From Candidatus Binatia bacterium (GTDB lineage Bacteria; Desulfobacterota; Binatia; UTPRO1), in NCBI GenBank assembly GCA_039917665.1, contig JBDSJB010000116.1, positions 1-56,621 on the forward strand: a stretch of 56,621 nucleotides of DNA. The letters run 5' to 3'. Positions 17,174-27,238 of the stretch are shown here, piece after piece. A program made the translations under genes and the position numbers. The notes beneath the pieces are model-generated. The model did not search any database. It was not told the origin of the DNA and saw only the letters and a list, made by a program, of their open reading frames with translations. Each line of letters starts with the position of its first letter. Within the stretch, counting starts at the first letter, position 1.

Positions 17174-19138
17174 TCAGTCGTCGTGGACGTCGGCGTCGGG
17201 GCCGACCGGGTACGGCTCGTTCAGCGCCGACAAGCGGATGACCGCGCCATGCTGGTCGGCTTCCGGGACGAAACCGGCGACCCGCTTCAACGCCGCCGGG
17301 TCTTCTTCGGGGACGTGAAAGTAGCGGGCCAGAACCTTGCGGGCGATCGGTGCGGCGGCCGTGCCGCCGTGTTGGCCCGAGTGCTCGGCCAGCACCACGA
17401 TCGCGATCTCGGGATTGTCGACGGGCGCGAACGCGATGAACCAGGCGTGATCGCGCTTCTCGCGCGACCAGCCCTTTTGGCTCGACTTGTCGCCGCCGGC
17501 CCGGCTGGCTTGTGCCGTCCCGGTCTTGCCGCCGACCTCGATGCCGGGAAGCTTGGCGTTCGACCCGGTGCCGCGCTTGCTGTTCACGACGTCGGAGAGC
17601 GCCTCGCGGATCTGCAGCATCGTGCTCTTCTTGAAGCCCATGTCGCGCACGACCTCGGGCTGCTCCTCGAGCATCGTCGCACCGTCGGTGCCCTCGACGC
17701 GCTTCACGAACTTCGGTCGGTAGACGACGCCCCCGTTCGCGATCGTGGCCATGACGCTCGCCATCTGCAGCGGGGTCGTCGTGACGTACCCCTGGCCGAT
17801 CGAGATCGAGAGCGTCTCGCCGGGGTACCAGGGCTCGCCGAAGCGTTGCCGCTTCCAGGCGCTCGACGGGATGATGCCGCCGCTCTCGTGCTCGAGCGTG
17901 ATCCCGGTCGGTGCGCCGAGGCCGAAGCGATGCGAGTACTCGGCGATCGTGTCGACGCCGAGCCGTTGTCCCACTTGATAGAAGAAGACGTCGCACGAGC
18001 GCACCAGCGCCTCGTGCACGTTCACGGAGCCGTGGCCCTGGGGCCGCCAGCAGCGAAACGTCCGATTGCCGAAGAAGAGGCCGCCGCCGCAGAAGATCGA
18101 GGTGAACGGCGTAATGACGCCCTCTTCGAGCGCCGCCGCCGCCATGACGACCTTGTAGGTCGAGCCCGGCGGATACGTGCCCTGGACGCTCTTGCTGTTG
18201 AGCGGACGCTTCTTGTCGTCGACCAGCGCTTTCCACTCGGCGAGCCGGATGCCGCGCGCGAAGAGATTGGGATCGAAGGCGGGACGGCTGACCATCGCGA
18301 GAATCTCGCCGGTGCGGGCGTCGAGCGCGACGACCGATCCGTCGTGTCCGTCCATCGCCGACTCGGCAGTCTGCTGCAGGTCGCGATCGATGGTGAGGAC
18401 GAGACTGTTGCCCGGCGTCTCGTCGACCTCGTTCAGCACGCGCAGCCGGCGACCGACCGAATCGACCTCGACCTGCTGGCCGCCGTCGACGCCGCGGAGA
18501 TAGTCCTCCCAGTAACGCTCGGCTCCCGCTTTGCCGATGAGGTCGCCGAGGTGGTACCCGCGCCGCGTTTCGCGCTCCTGCTGGCTGACCTCGCCGACGT
18601 AGCCGAGCAGGTGGGCGGCCATCTGCCCGAACGGGTACGTCCGCCGCGGTCCGACTTGCACCGAGACGCCCGGCAGCTCGAACTGGTGGGTCTCGATCTT
18701 GACGATCCGCTCCCAGTCGAGATCACGGACGAGCACGACGTCCTCGAACGCGGGACGATTGCGTGCGGCCGCGACGATCGCGGAAAGATCGCCGACCTCG
18801 GAACCGAGCAAGCGGCCGAGTGAAGCGATGGTGGCGGGCACGTCGTGCGCGTCCTCCGGGACGAGCACGAGATCGAACGACGGCCGGTTGTCGACGACGA
18901 TGCTGCGGTTGCGGTCGAGAATGGTGCCGCGGGTCGCGCGGACGCGTTTCAGGCGAATGCGGTTGTGCTCCGAGAGCGACCGGTACTCGTCCCCTTCGCT
19001 GACCTGCAGGTGCCAGAGCCGGACGAAGGTCAGCGAGAAGAGCGCGATCACGAGCGCGAGCGCGAACCCCAGCCGACGACGGAACTCGTTCGGGATCTCG
19101 CGCCGGTTGGTCAGGAGCGTCGACACGTCAGACCACAC
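17174..19138 (-). CDS. mrdA: penicillin-binding protein 2 (elongasome transpeptidase)
   Basis: 654 aa. It has an N-terminal TM helix, RGTILDRNRSIVVDNRPSFDL, and PPGSTYKVVMAAAALE (SxxK). The stop lies 2 nt before the rodA start. Confidence 0.95.
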   Translation of the reverse strand: MWSDVSTLLTNRREIPNEFRRRLGFALALVIALFSLTFVRLWHLQVSEGDEYRSLSEHNRIRLKRVRATRGTILDRNRSIVVDNRPSFDLVLVPEDAHDVPATIASLGRLLGSEVGDLSAIVAAARNRPAFEDVVLVRDLDWERIVKIETHQFELPGVSVQVGPRRTYPFGQMAAHLLGYVGEVSQQERETRRGYHLGDLIGKAGAERYWEDYLRGVDGGQQVEVDSVGRRLRVLNEVDETPGNSLVLTIDRDLQQTAESAMDGHDGSVVALDARTGEILAMVSRPAFDPNLFARGIRLAEWKALVDDKKRPLNSKSVQGTYPPGSTYKVVMAAAALEEGVITPFTSIFCGGGLFFGNRTFRCWRPQGHGSVNVHEALVRSCDVFFYQVGQRLGVDTIAEYSHRFGLGAPTGITLEHESGGIIPSSAWKRQRFGEPWYPGETLSISIGQGYVTTTPLQMASVMATIANGGVVYRPKFVKRVEGTDGATMLEEQPEVVRDMGFKKSTMLQIREALSDVVNSKRGTGSNAKLPGIEVGGKTGTAQASRAGGDKSSQKGWSREKRDHAWFIAFAPVDNPEIAIVVLAEHSGQHGGTAAAPIARKVLARYFHVPEEDPAALKRVAGFVPEADQHGAVIRLSALNEPYPVGPDADVHDD

Positions 19139-19670
19139 CCACCGCGCGCTTGGCCCAGGCGAGCGTGCCGAAGACGATCGGGGTCAGCGCGCCGGCGAGG
19201 AGGGCCTCGGCGAACAACGTCTGGGCGACCCCGAAGGACATGCGATCGATCGAGAGATAGGCGGCCAACGCCACGACGATCGCGACGCCCTTCAAGAGGC
19301 TCCCCAGAAACACCATCGCCACCCCCGACAACGTGTTGTCCATCCACAGGCGCCGCGACACAAGGTACACCACGAGATACACGGTCGTCATCGCGAAAGC
19401 ATGCAACCCGACGAGGCTGCCGGAGAAACTGTCGAGCAGATAGCCCAGCAGGAAAGCGCCCGTGGCCCCGCCGATGTTGTGCTCGTGCAGCCCCAGAAAC
19501 ACGCACAGAATCAGCACGAGGTCGGGGATGATCCGGCCGCCGCTGAGACCGTGCAGCAGGGTCGTCTGCAGCAACAACACCAGCAGGCCGGTCACGATGT
19601 AGACGGCGGTCGCACGGAGCTCGGTGCCGACGCTCGGCGCCGGCGCGTGTGTCGTCTGGAGGAGGCTCAT
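19128..19670 (-). CDS. mreD: rod shape-determining protein MreD
   Basis: 180-aa polytopic membrane protein between mreC and mrdA. It overlaps mrdA by 11 nt and mreC by 4 nt. Confidence 0.85.
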   Translation of the reverse strand: MSLLQTTHAPAPSVGTELRATAVYIVTGLLVLLLQTTLLHGLSGGRIIPDLVLILCVFLGLHEHNIGGATGAFLLGYLLDSFSGSLVGLHAFAMTTVYLVVYLVSRRLWMDNTLSGVAMVFLGSLLKGVAIVVALAAYLSIDRMSFGVAQTLFAEALLAGALTPIVFGTLAWAKRAVGVV

Positions 19671-20611
19671 CGCCGTCGCTCCCGCCCATCACCCTTCGCG
19701 TTCGGTGCCGGCGGACCCAAGAGCCCGTCGGCACTCGGATCGGGCGGGCCCGAGTCGGCCGCCGTCGCGAGGCCGGCGGGCTTCCGCAGCTCTTCGCCGT
19801 TCGGCAGCGCCACGAGCACCTCTTCGAGGCGGCTGGCGTCTGCGTCGGGCGTAACCTCGGCATAGAGGAAGAGTCCGCGGTCCTTCCGCGAGACCTTCGT
19901 GACCCGGCCGACCGGCAGGCCTTTCGGGAAGACGCCGTCGAGACCCGACGCGATCACCCGGTCGCCGATGCGCACGTCGTCACTGCGCTTCACGTACTTG
20001 AGCGTCGTGCCCTGCTCGAGGAGGCCGCTCAAGATACCGCGCACCCGCGTCCGTTGGACCAGCACGTCGATGCCGCTGTTGGGATCGGTCAGGAGCAGCA
20101 CCCGCGACGCGTGCATGCTCGTACTCGAGATCAGCCCGACGACGCCTTCGGGCGCCATCACCGGCATGCCGGTCGTGATGCCGTCGATCTCGCCTTTGTT
20201 GAGCGTCAGGCTCTGGAACCACACGCTCGCGTCGCGCGCCGTGACGGACGCCGCGACCGCCTTCGTCGGCAGCTCGCGCTGCAGCGCCAGTAGGCGCTTC
20301 AGTCGGCGGTTCATGAGCTCGGCCTCGCTCTGGTGCGTCCCGCGGCGCTCGAGCTCGCGAATGCGCGTGTGCAGCTCTGCGTTCTCCTTCTGCGTGCCGA
20401 CCAGAAGCACGTAGCGGTCGAAGAACCCGCGCATGATGCCGGCGATGCCGGCCGTCACGCGCTGAAACGGTGCCATCACCTCGAGGAAGATGTGACCGAG
20501 GGGATCGATCCGACCGGGTTGCCGCGCGTTCGCCGACAGCAGTCCCAGCGAGCACAGCAAAAAGAATCCGGAGCTCAGGAGGACACGGTTTCTCCGTATG
20601 AACTCGAGCAT
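19667..20611 (-). CDS. mreC: rod shape-determining protein MreC
   Basis: It has an N-terminal TM helix, a coiled coil (ENAELHTRIRELERR), and a beta-rich domain ...GDRVIASGLDGVFPKGLPVGRV... Confidence 0.9.
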   Translation of the reverse strand: MLEFIRRNRVLLSSGFFLLCSLGLLSANARQPGRIDPLGHIFLEVMAPFQRVTAGIAGIMRGFFDRYVLLVGTQKENAELHTRIRELERRGTHQSEAELMNRRLKRLLALQRELPTKAVAASVTARDASVWFQSLTLNKGEIDGITTGMPVMAPEGVVGLISSTSMHASRVLLLTDPNSGIDVLVQRTRVRGILSGLLEQGTTLKYVKRSDDVRIGDRVIASGLDGVFPKGLPVGRVTKVSRKDRGLFLYAEVTPDADASRLEEVLVALPNGEELRKPAGLATAADSGPPDPSADGLLGPPAPNAKGDGRERRR

Positions 20612-20641
20612 GGCCGCTACGGCCTACGGTCGCCGGTCGCG

Positions 20642-21694
<1,053 letters not shown>

Positions 21695-21847
21695 TTAGAT
21701 TGTTGCGGGCCAGAACGACCACGGAAAGGAACGACCCCCGCCCCTCCCAACTGCGTCGCGTTTGATAGCTCAATCGCTCCGACAGGGCAACAATCTACGG
21801 CGACTTCGCGTTGCGCTCACGTACTCTATTCACTAGAGTCGCGCGCC

Positions 21848-23776
21848 ATGCTCGGGTTCATGCGCAAGCACGCGCGTTCGTCGTTCATCAAGATCGTTTT
21901 CTGGATGCTCATCGCCGTCTTCATCTTCTGGGGTGTCGGGGTGATGGTTGCCGGTGGCGACAAGGTCAACGTCGCCGCCATGGTCGACGGGGAGCCGATC
22001 AGCGCCCAGACCTACGCGCGCGCCCATGAGCGCATGACGCGGGTCTACCGCGAGCTCTACAAAGAGAACATGAATCCCCAGATCCTGGCCCAGCTGAACC
22101 TCGGCCAGCGCGCGCTCGACGACCTGGTCACCGAGATGCTGCTGAAGCGCGAAGCCGCCCGTCTGGGTCTGCAAGTGACCGACGACGAAGTGCGCGAGTC
22201 CATCCTCGACATCCCGACCTTCCAGGACGGCGCTCGCTTCGATCGCACCCGCTACCTGAACGCGCTCCGGTCCTCGCGCATCACCCCCGCCGAGTTCGAG
22301 GAGTCCCAGCGCGAGACCCTGCTGGTCACCAAGCTGGAAGGCCTGATCACCGACGGCCTGACGGCGAGCGACCAAGAGGTCAAGAACCTCTACGCGCTCG
22401 AGAACGAGAAGATCGACGTCAACTTCGTGAAGGTGCCATTCAGCCAGTTCAAGGACGCCAGCACCGTGAGCGATGCCGAGGTCGCCGATTTCTACGAGAA
22501 GAATAAGGAACGGTTCCGGAAACCCGACACCGTGACGGTCGCCTACGTGCCCTACGCCCCGGAGGCGTTCGCCGACAAGGTTCCGGTCAGCGATCAAGCC
22601 GTCCAGGATTACTACGACGCCCACTCGGCCGACTATGAGCAGCCCGAACGCCTGCATTTGCAGCACATCCTCTGGTTGATCCCGCCCGGTGCCGACGATT
22701 CCACGAAACACTCGATCCGCGCGAAGGCGGCTATCGCGCTGATCGCCGCCCGCATCGGCGGCAAGGACACGTTCACCGGTCTCGTGAAGCAGAACTCGCA
22801 AGACGAGCTCTCCGTGCAAAACGGCGGCGACCTCGGGATCATCGCCCGCGGCCAGCTCGAAGCCCCTCTCGAAGAGGCGGCCTTCAAGCTCAAGGTCGGC
22901 GAAATCACCGACATCGTCGAGAGCTCGCGCGGCATCCACATCATCCGTCTCGACGAGGCGATCCCGGCCGGGCCGAAGCCGCTTGCCGAGGTCAAAGAGG
23001 ACATCACGAAGGAGCTGCGGTCGCGCGGCACCGACGACGCGGCCCGGGCAGCGCTCGCGGCCGACCTCGAGAAAGCACGCACTGGGACCTCGCTCGACGA
23101 CCTCGCCGCCGCCCACGGCACGGCGGTCACGACCAGCAAGCCCGTCGGACGCGGCCAGATCATCCCCGGCGTCAAAGGCACCTCGCTCGTCAACAACGCG
23201 CTCCTCCTCGATCAGGACGCCGTCGATCAAGTGATGGACACCGACCCGCCCTATTATCTGTTCAAGGTGATGGCGAAGGCGGCGAGCACGATTCCGCCGC
23301 TCGAGGACGTCAAAACCGGCATCGTCGAGACGCTGACGCGCGACAAGTCGAGGGACGCAGCGCGCGCCGCGGCCGATGCGCTTCTCGCCTCGGCTCGCGA
23401 GGCCGGCGGGGTGCAGGCCTTCATCGATCAGGCGAAGGCCAAAGGCTACACGATCGACACCACCGGCCCCTTTGGACGGAACGAGGCGATCCCGAAGCTC
23501 GCACCTGCCCCGATCAGGGACGAGGTGTTCGCCCTGTCGACCGCCGCGCCGCTCGGGACACGCGCCTTCGTCAGCGCCGATGGCGCCGTGGTCGTGGCCT
23601 TGAAGGATCGCGTCGCGGCCGATGAGAGCGCTCTCACCGACGAGAAGCGGCAGAGCTTGCGGGATCAGGCGGTCGCGCGAAAACGCCAGGACGTGCTGGA
23701 GTCGTACCGCAACACGCTCCGCGAGCGGGCCGAAATCACCGTCAACCCGGACGTCATCGCCCGGGCATCGGGCTGA
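21848..23776 (+). CDS. ppiD: periplasmic chaperone/peptidyl-prolyl isomerase PpiD-like (SurA N-domain plus parvulin domain)
   Basis: MLGFMRKHARSSFIKIVFWMLIAVFIFWGVG is an N-terminal anchor. The parvulin segment reads HLQHILWLIP...NGGDLGIIARGQLEAPLEEAAFKLKVGEITDIVESSRGIHII. Confidence 0.85.
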   Translation: MLGFMRKHARSSFIKIVFWMLIAVFIFWGVGVMVAGGDKVNVAAMVDGEPISAQTYARAHERMTRVYRELYKENMNPQILAQLNLGQRALDDLVTEMLLKREAARLGLQVTDDEVRESILDIPTFQDGARFDRTRYLNALRSSRITPAEFEESQRETLLVTKLEGLITDGLTASDQEVKNLYALENEKIDVNFVKVPFSQFKDASTVSDAEVADFYEKNKERFRKPDTVTVAYVPYAPEAFADKVPVSDQAVQDYYDAHSADYEQPERLHLQHILWLIPPGADDSTKHSIRAKAAIALIAARIGGKDTFTGLVKQNSQDELSVQNGGDLGIIARGQLEAPLEEAAFKLKVGEITDIVESSRGIHIIRLDEAIPAGPKPLAEVKEDITKELRSRGTDDAARAALAADLEKARTGTSLDDLAAAHGTAVTTSKPVGRGQIIPGVKGTSLVNNALLLDQDAVDQVMDTDPPYYLFKVMAKAASTIPPLEDVKTGIVETLTRDKSRDAARAAADALLASAREAGGVQAFIDQAKAKGYTIDTTGPFGRNEAIPKLAPAPIRDEVFALSTAAPLGTRAFVSADGAVVVALKDRVAADESALTDEKRQSLRDQAVARKRQDVLESYRNTLRERAEITVNPDVIARASG

Positions 23777-23821
23777 TCGTCCACGGCCGGTGAGGCCGGA
23801 CGCTCGCTAGGAACCCCGCTG

Positions 23822-24622
23822 ATGCCGGTCCCCACTGCCGAGGTCGTTCCCGGGGAAGGTCGGATCGGCGTGTTGCTGCTGCACGGCCTTACCGGCACGT
23901 CGGCGGAGATGGCGCCGTTGGCCGAGGCGTTGGCCGGACGGATGCCGCTCTTCCTGGCGCGGGTCGCCGGCCACGAAACCTCCGTCGGCGAGCTCGCGCG
24001 GACCTCGTGGCACGATTGGTATGCGTCGGCGACGGCCGGCGCGGACGCGCTCTTGCGCGTCGTCCCGCGCATCGTCGTCGTTGGGCTCTCCATGGGAGCA
24101 ATGCTGGGCGTCCGGCTCGCGGTCGAACGACGGGACGTCGTGAGCGGCGTCGTGCTGCTCTCCCCCGCGATCGCGCTCGGACGCGCGTGGGTGCAGCGCC
24201 TGCGGAGGCCGTTTCGACTGCTGGCCGCTGCCGACGCGCACCTGCCGTTCGTGCCAGGTTTGCTGGCCCGGCTCGTGATGACCAAGGGCGGCAGCGACAT
24301 CGCCGATCTCGCGGTTCGTGCGACGCATCCGGGCTATCGCCAGGTACCGCTGCGGGCCTTGCTCAACCTGATGCACCTGCAGCGCTTCGCCTGGGAGGCA
24401 GCACCATTGCTCACCCAACCGAGTCTGGTGATGCATGCGACCAACGACCACACGTGTCCGCTCGAAGCGGCGCGCCTCCTCTTCGAGCGCCTCGGCAGCC
24501 ACGACAAGCGGATGGTCGTCCTCGACCGCAGCTTCCACGTCGTGACCGTCGACCATGACCGTCAGCAAGTGATCGCCGAGATCGACGCGTTCCTTCACGC
24601 GTTGGCGACGGGAACGTCGTAA
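23822..24622 (+). CDS. alpha/beta-fold hydrolase (carboxylesterase, Est/YvaK-like)
   Basis: IGVLLLHGLTGTSAEMAPLAE...VVVGLSMGAMLG (GxSxG) ...HATNDHTCP...SFHVVTVDHD. It lies directly upstream of bioA-bioD. Confidence 0.8.
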   Translation: MPVPTAEVVPGEGRIGVLLLHGLTGTSAEMAPLAEALAGRMPLFLARVAGHETSVGELARTSWHDWYASATAGADALLRVVPRIVVVGLSMGAMLGVRLAVERRDVVSGVVLLSPAIALGRAWVQRLRRPFRLLAAADAHLPFVPGLLARLVMTKGGSDIADLAVRATHPGYRQVPLRALLNLMHLQRFAWEAAPLLTQPSLVMHATNDHTCPLEAARLLFERLGSHDKRMVVLDRSFHVVTVDHDRQQVIAEIDAFLHALATGTS

Positions 24623-24680
24623 ACCTCACCCGAGCCATTCGGTTGACAGAGAATGGCCGCTCCCCTAAGCGGTCGCGGCC

Positions 24681-26033
24681 ATGACCACGCTCAGCCGTTC
24701 CGCCGTCGTCGCGCTGGATCACGCGCATCTCTGGCATCCGTTCACGCAAATGCAGGAGTGGCTCGCAGCCGAGCCGCTCGTCATCGGTGCGGCGGAGGGA
24801 AACTACCTGATCGATCTCGACGGTCGGCGCTACCTCGACGGGGTATCGTCACTCTGGTGCAACGTTCACGGCCACCGGCACCCCGCGATCGACGCCGCCA
24901 TCAAAGCCCAGCTGGATCGCGTCGCGCACACGACGCTGCTCGGTCTGGCGAGCCCTCCCGCGGCAGAGCTCGCGGCCCGCCTCGCCGCGATCACCCCACC
25001 GGGATTGACGCGTACGTTCTACTCGGACGCCGGCGCGACTGCCGTCGAGATCGCACTCAAGCTCGCGCTCCAGTACTGGCGCCTCCGCGGCGAGGATCGG
25101 CCGCGCTTCGTCGCGCTCGTCGAGGCGTACCACGGTGACACCCTGGGGGCGATGAGCATCGGCTTCTCGGAGACGTTCCATCGCTTCTATCGTCCGCTGC
25201 TCCCCGTCGACCGCGTTCCCGCCCCGTACGCGCTCGAGCGCGACGAACGCCGCGCACCGGCCGACGCCCTCGCCGAAGCGCTCGCACGGCTGGAGACGAC
25301 GCTCCGCGACGGACGCGGCACGATCGCGGCGGTGGTGGTCGAGCCGCTCATGCAAGGCGCCGCGGGCATGTGGCCGCAGCCGGTCGAGTATCTGCGCGAA
25401 GTCCGCGCCCTGACGCGCCGCTACGACACGCTGCTCGTCTGCGACGAGGTGGCGACGGGCTTCGGTCGGACGGGCCGCCTCTTCGCATGCGATCACACCG
25501 CGACGAGCCCGGATCTGCTGGTCCTCGGCAAGGGGCTGACTGGCGGCTACCTGCCGCTCGCGGCAACGCTCGCGACCGAGGAGATCTTCCAGGCGTTTCT
25601 CGGTCCGTACGACGGCTACACGGCGTTCTTCCACGGCCACACCTTCACCGGGAACGCGCTCGCATGCGCCGCCGCCCTCGCCTGCCTCGACCTGTTCACG
25701 CCCGCACTCCTCGCGAGCCTGCCCGAGAAAGCCGAGCAGCTCGCGGGCGCCCTCGCCACGCACGTTCGCCCGCTCCTGCACGTGTTCGAGATCCGTCAGC
25801 GCGGTCTCATGGTCGGCATCGAGCTGATGCGCGATCCCGACGGGCGCGCGAGCTACGCCCCGACCGATCGTATCGGCCACCAGGTGATTCTCGCGGCACG
25901 CCGACGCGGCGTCATCCTCCGTCCGCTCGGGGACGTGCTCGTGTTGATGCCGCCGCTCAGCACCACGGGGGAGGAGATCGCGACGTTGGTCGGCGTCGCG
26001 GCCGACTCGATCGCGGAGGTCACCGGCGCGTGA
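24681..26033 (+). CDS. bioA: adenosylmethionine-8-amino-7-oxononanoate aminotransferase
   Basis: LWHPFTQMQEW...GNYLIDLDGRRYLDGVSSLWCNVHGHRHPAIDAAIKAQLDRVAH...FYSDAGATAVEIALKLALQYW...CDEVATGFGRTG. Confidence 0.95.
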   Translation: MTTLSRSAVVALDHAHLWHPFTQMQEWLAAEPLVIGAAEGNYLIDLDGRRYLDGVSSLWCNVHGHRHPAIDAAIKAQLDRVAHTTLLGLASPPAAELAARLAAITPPGLTRTFYSDAGATAVEIALKLALQYWRLRGEDRPRFVALVEAYHGDTLGAMSIGFSETFHRFYRPLLPVDRVPAPYALERDERRAPADALAEALARLETTLRDGRGTIAAVVVEPLMQGAAGMWPQPVEYLREVRALTRRYDTLLVCDEVATGFGRTGRLFACDHTATSPDLLVLGKGLTGGYLPLAATLATEEIFQAFLGPYDGYTAFFHGHTFTGNALACAAALACLDLFTPALLASLPEKAEQLAGALATHVRPLLHVFEIRQRGLMVGIELMRDPDGRASYAPTDRIGHQVILAARRRGVILRPLGDVLVLMPPLSTTGEEIATLVGVAADSIAEVTGA

Positions 26034-26767
26034 GCCTGGTTCTGGTCACGGGCACCGACACCGGCATCGGCAAGACGGTGGTGACGTCGACGCTCGCGGC
26101 CGCGCTCGCCGCCCGCGGCATGCGGGTCGGCGTCGTAAAGCCGGTCGAAACCGGCTGCGCGAACGTCGACGGCACGCTGGTGCCCGAGGACGCGATGACG
26201 ATCGCGGCCGCGGCCGGCGACACGGCGCCGCTCGACGCGATCTGCCCGTATCGGCTGCCCGATCCGTTGGCCCCGTCGCTCGCCGCAGAGCGGGCCGGCA
26301 TCGTCGTCGACGTCGCCAGCCTCGCTGCCCATCTCCGGGGGCGCGCGGCCGAGGTCGACGTGCTGCTCGTCGAGGGTGCAGGCGGCCTGCTCGTGCCGCT
26401 CACGCGTGCCGCGACCTTCGCCGACCTCGCCGCCGACGCCGGCGCACGTGTCGTCGTGGTGGTGGGATCGCGCCTCGGTGCCGTCAATCACGCGCTGCTG
26501 ACGTTCGCCGTGCTGCAGGCGCGCGCGCTCCCGATCGCGGGCTACGTCGTGAACCGCCTCGGCTCGAGCGACGACCTCGCGGTCGCGACCAACGACGACC
26601 TGCTCCGAACGCTCACCCAGGTGCCCTGCCTCGGGAGCGTGCCCTGGACCCCCACCGCAGGTACCGTGCTCACCGCGCTCCGCTCCGGCGATCCGACGGC
26701 GGTCGCGGCGGCGCGCACGCGGCTGGTGATGCTCGCCGCCGATATCAATCTAGACGCGCTTCGCTGA
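26030..26767 (+). CDS. bioD: dethiobiotin synthase
   Basis: GTGA overlap with the bioA stop. VSLVLVTGTDTGIGKTVVTSTLAAALAARGMRVGVVKPVETGC...LLVEGAGGLLVPL. Confidence 0.9.
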   Translation: MSLVLVTGTDTGIGKTVVTSTLAAALAARGMRVGVVKPVETGCANVDGTLVPEDAMTIAAAAGDTAPLDAICPYRLPDPLAPSLAAERAGIVVDVASLAAHLRGRAAEVDVLLVEGAGGLLVPLTRAATFADLAADAGARVVVVVGSRLGAVNHALLTFAVLQARALPIAGYVVNRLGSSDDLAVATNDDLLRTLTQVPCLGSVPWTPTAGTVLTALRSGDPTAVAAARTRLVMLAADINLDALR

Positions 26768-26851
26768 CTGGCTCTTCGACGCGCTTCATTCGCTGGCTCG
26801 ACCTCGACGCGCTCCACGCGCCGTGTGAAGTCGCAGGACAGAACGCGGCGG

Positions 26852-26888
26852 TTTTTTTCTTGACCGTTCGGCGTCGCCACGGGAGACT
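26852..26888 (+). promoter_or_regulatory. T7 run plus TTGACC-N17-GAGACT: candidate promoter (or end of the bioD transcript)
   Basis: TTTTTTT (26852-26858) is rare in this genome. TTGACC lies at 26860-26865, then a 17-nt spacer, then GAGACT at 26883-26888. A weak CGCCG...CGGCG stem precedes the T run, so a terminator reading is also possible. Confidence 0.3.
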
Positions 26889-26913
26889 GATCGACGCCTG
26901 CCAGGAGGGTCCC

Positions 26914-27234
26914 ATGTCGCCAGAGATTCGACCGCGCGGAGCGCTGATCGGCGCCGCCATCGTGATGCTGTCGTTCATCGTCGCCGTGCACTCCAGCAGT
27001 GCCGATCCATGTGACGACACGCGGGTAGGCCGCGGGGCTGCCGATGCCGGGTGGCAAGTCCAAGTCGACCCGGACACCGGCGTGTACTCGATGCCGGCAC
27101 CGCGCCCGCTCGACGACACGCAGGGACGCGCCGCCGCGACGACGGGAGTCGTCATCACGCCGGGCCGCTCAGCCGCCGGCGGGTTCAAAGCGACGTTCGG
27201 CGACGACACGCTCGTCCACGAGCAGGCGAAGTAA
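26914..27234 (+). CDS. small secreted or signal-anchored hypothetical protein (106 aa)
   Basis: Part of ORF 26860..27234. Start at ATG 26914, with AGGAGGG upstream. MSPEIRPRGALIGAAIVMLSFIVAVHSSSADP is a signal sequence. Its stop lies 4 nt before the next gene. Confidence 0.5.
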   Translation: MSPEIRPRGALIGAAIVMLSFIVAVHSSSADPCDDTRVGRGAADAGWQVQVDPDTGVYSMPAPRPLDDTQGRAAATTGVVITPGRSAAGGFKATFGDDTLVHEQAK

Positions 27235-27238
27235 ACCG

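Noticed and set aside
24623-24680. I searched the bioA leader for a BirA/BioQ/BioR-type operator.
   Set aside because: No convincing inverted repeat was seen.
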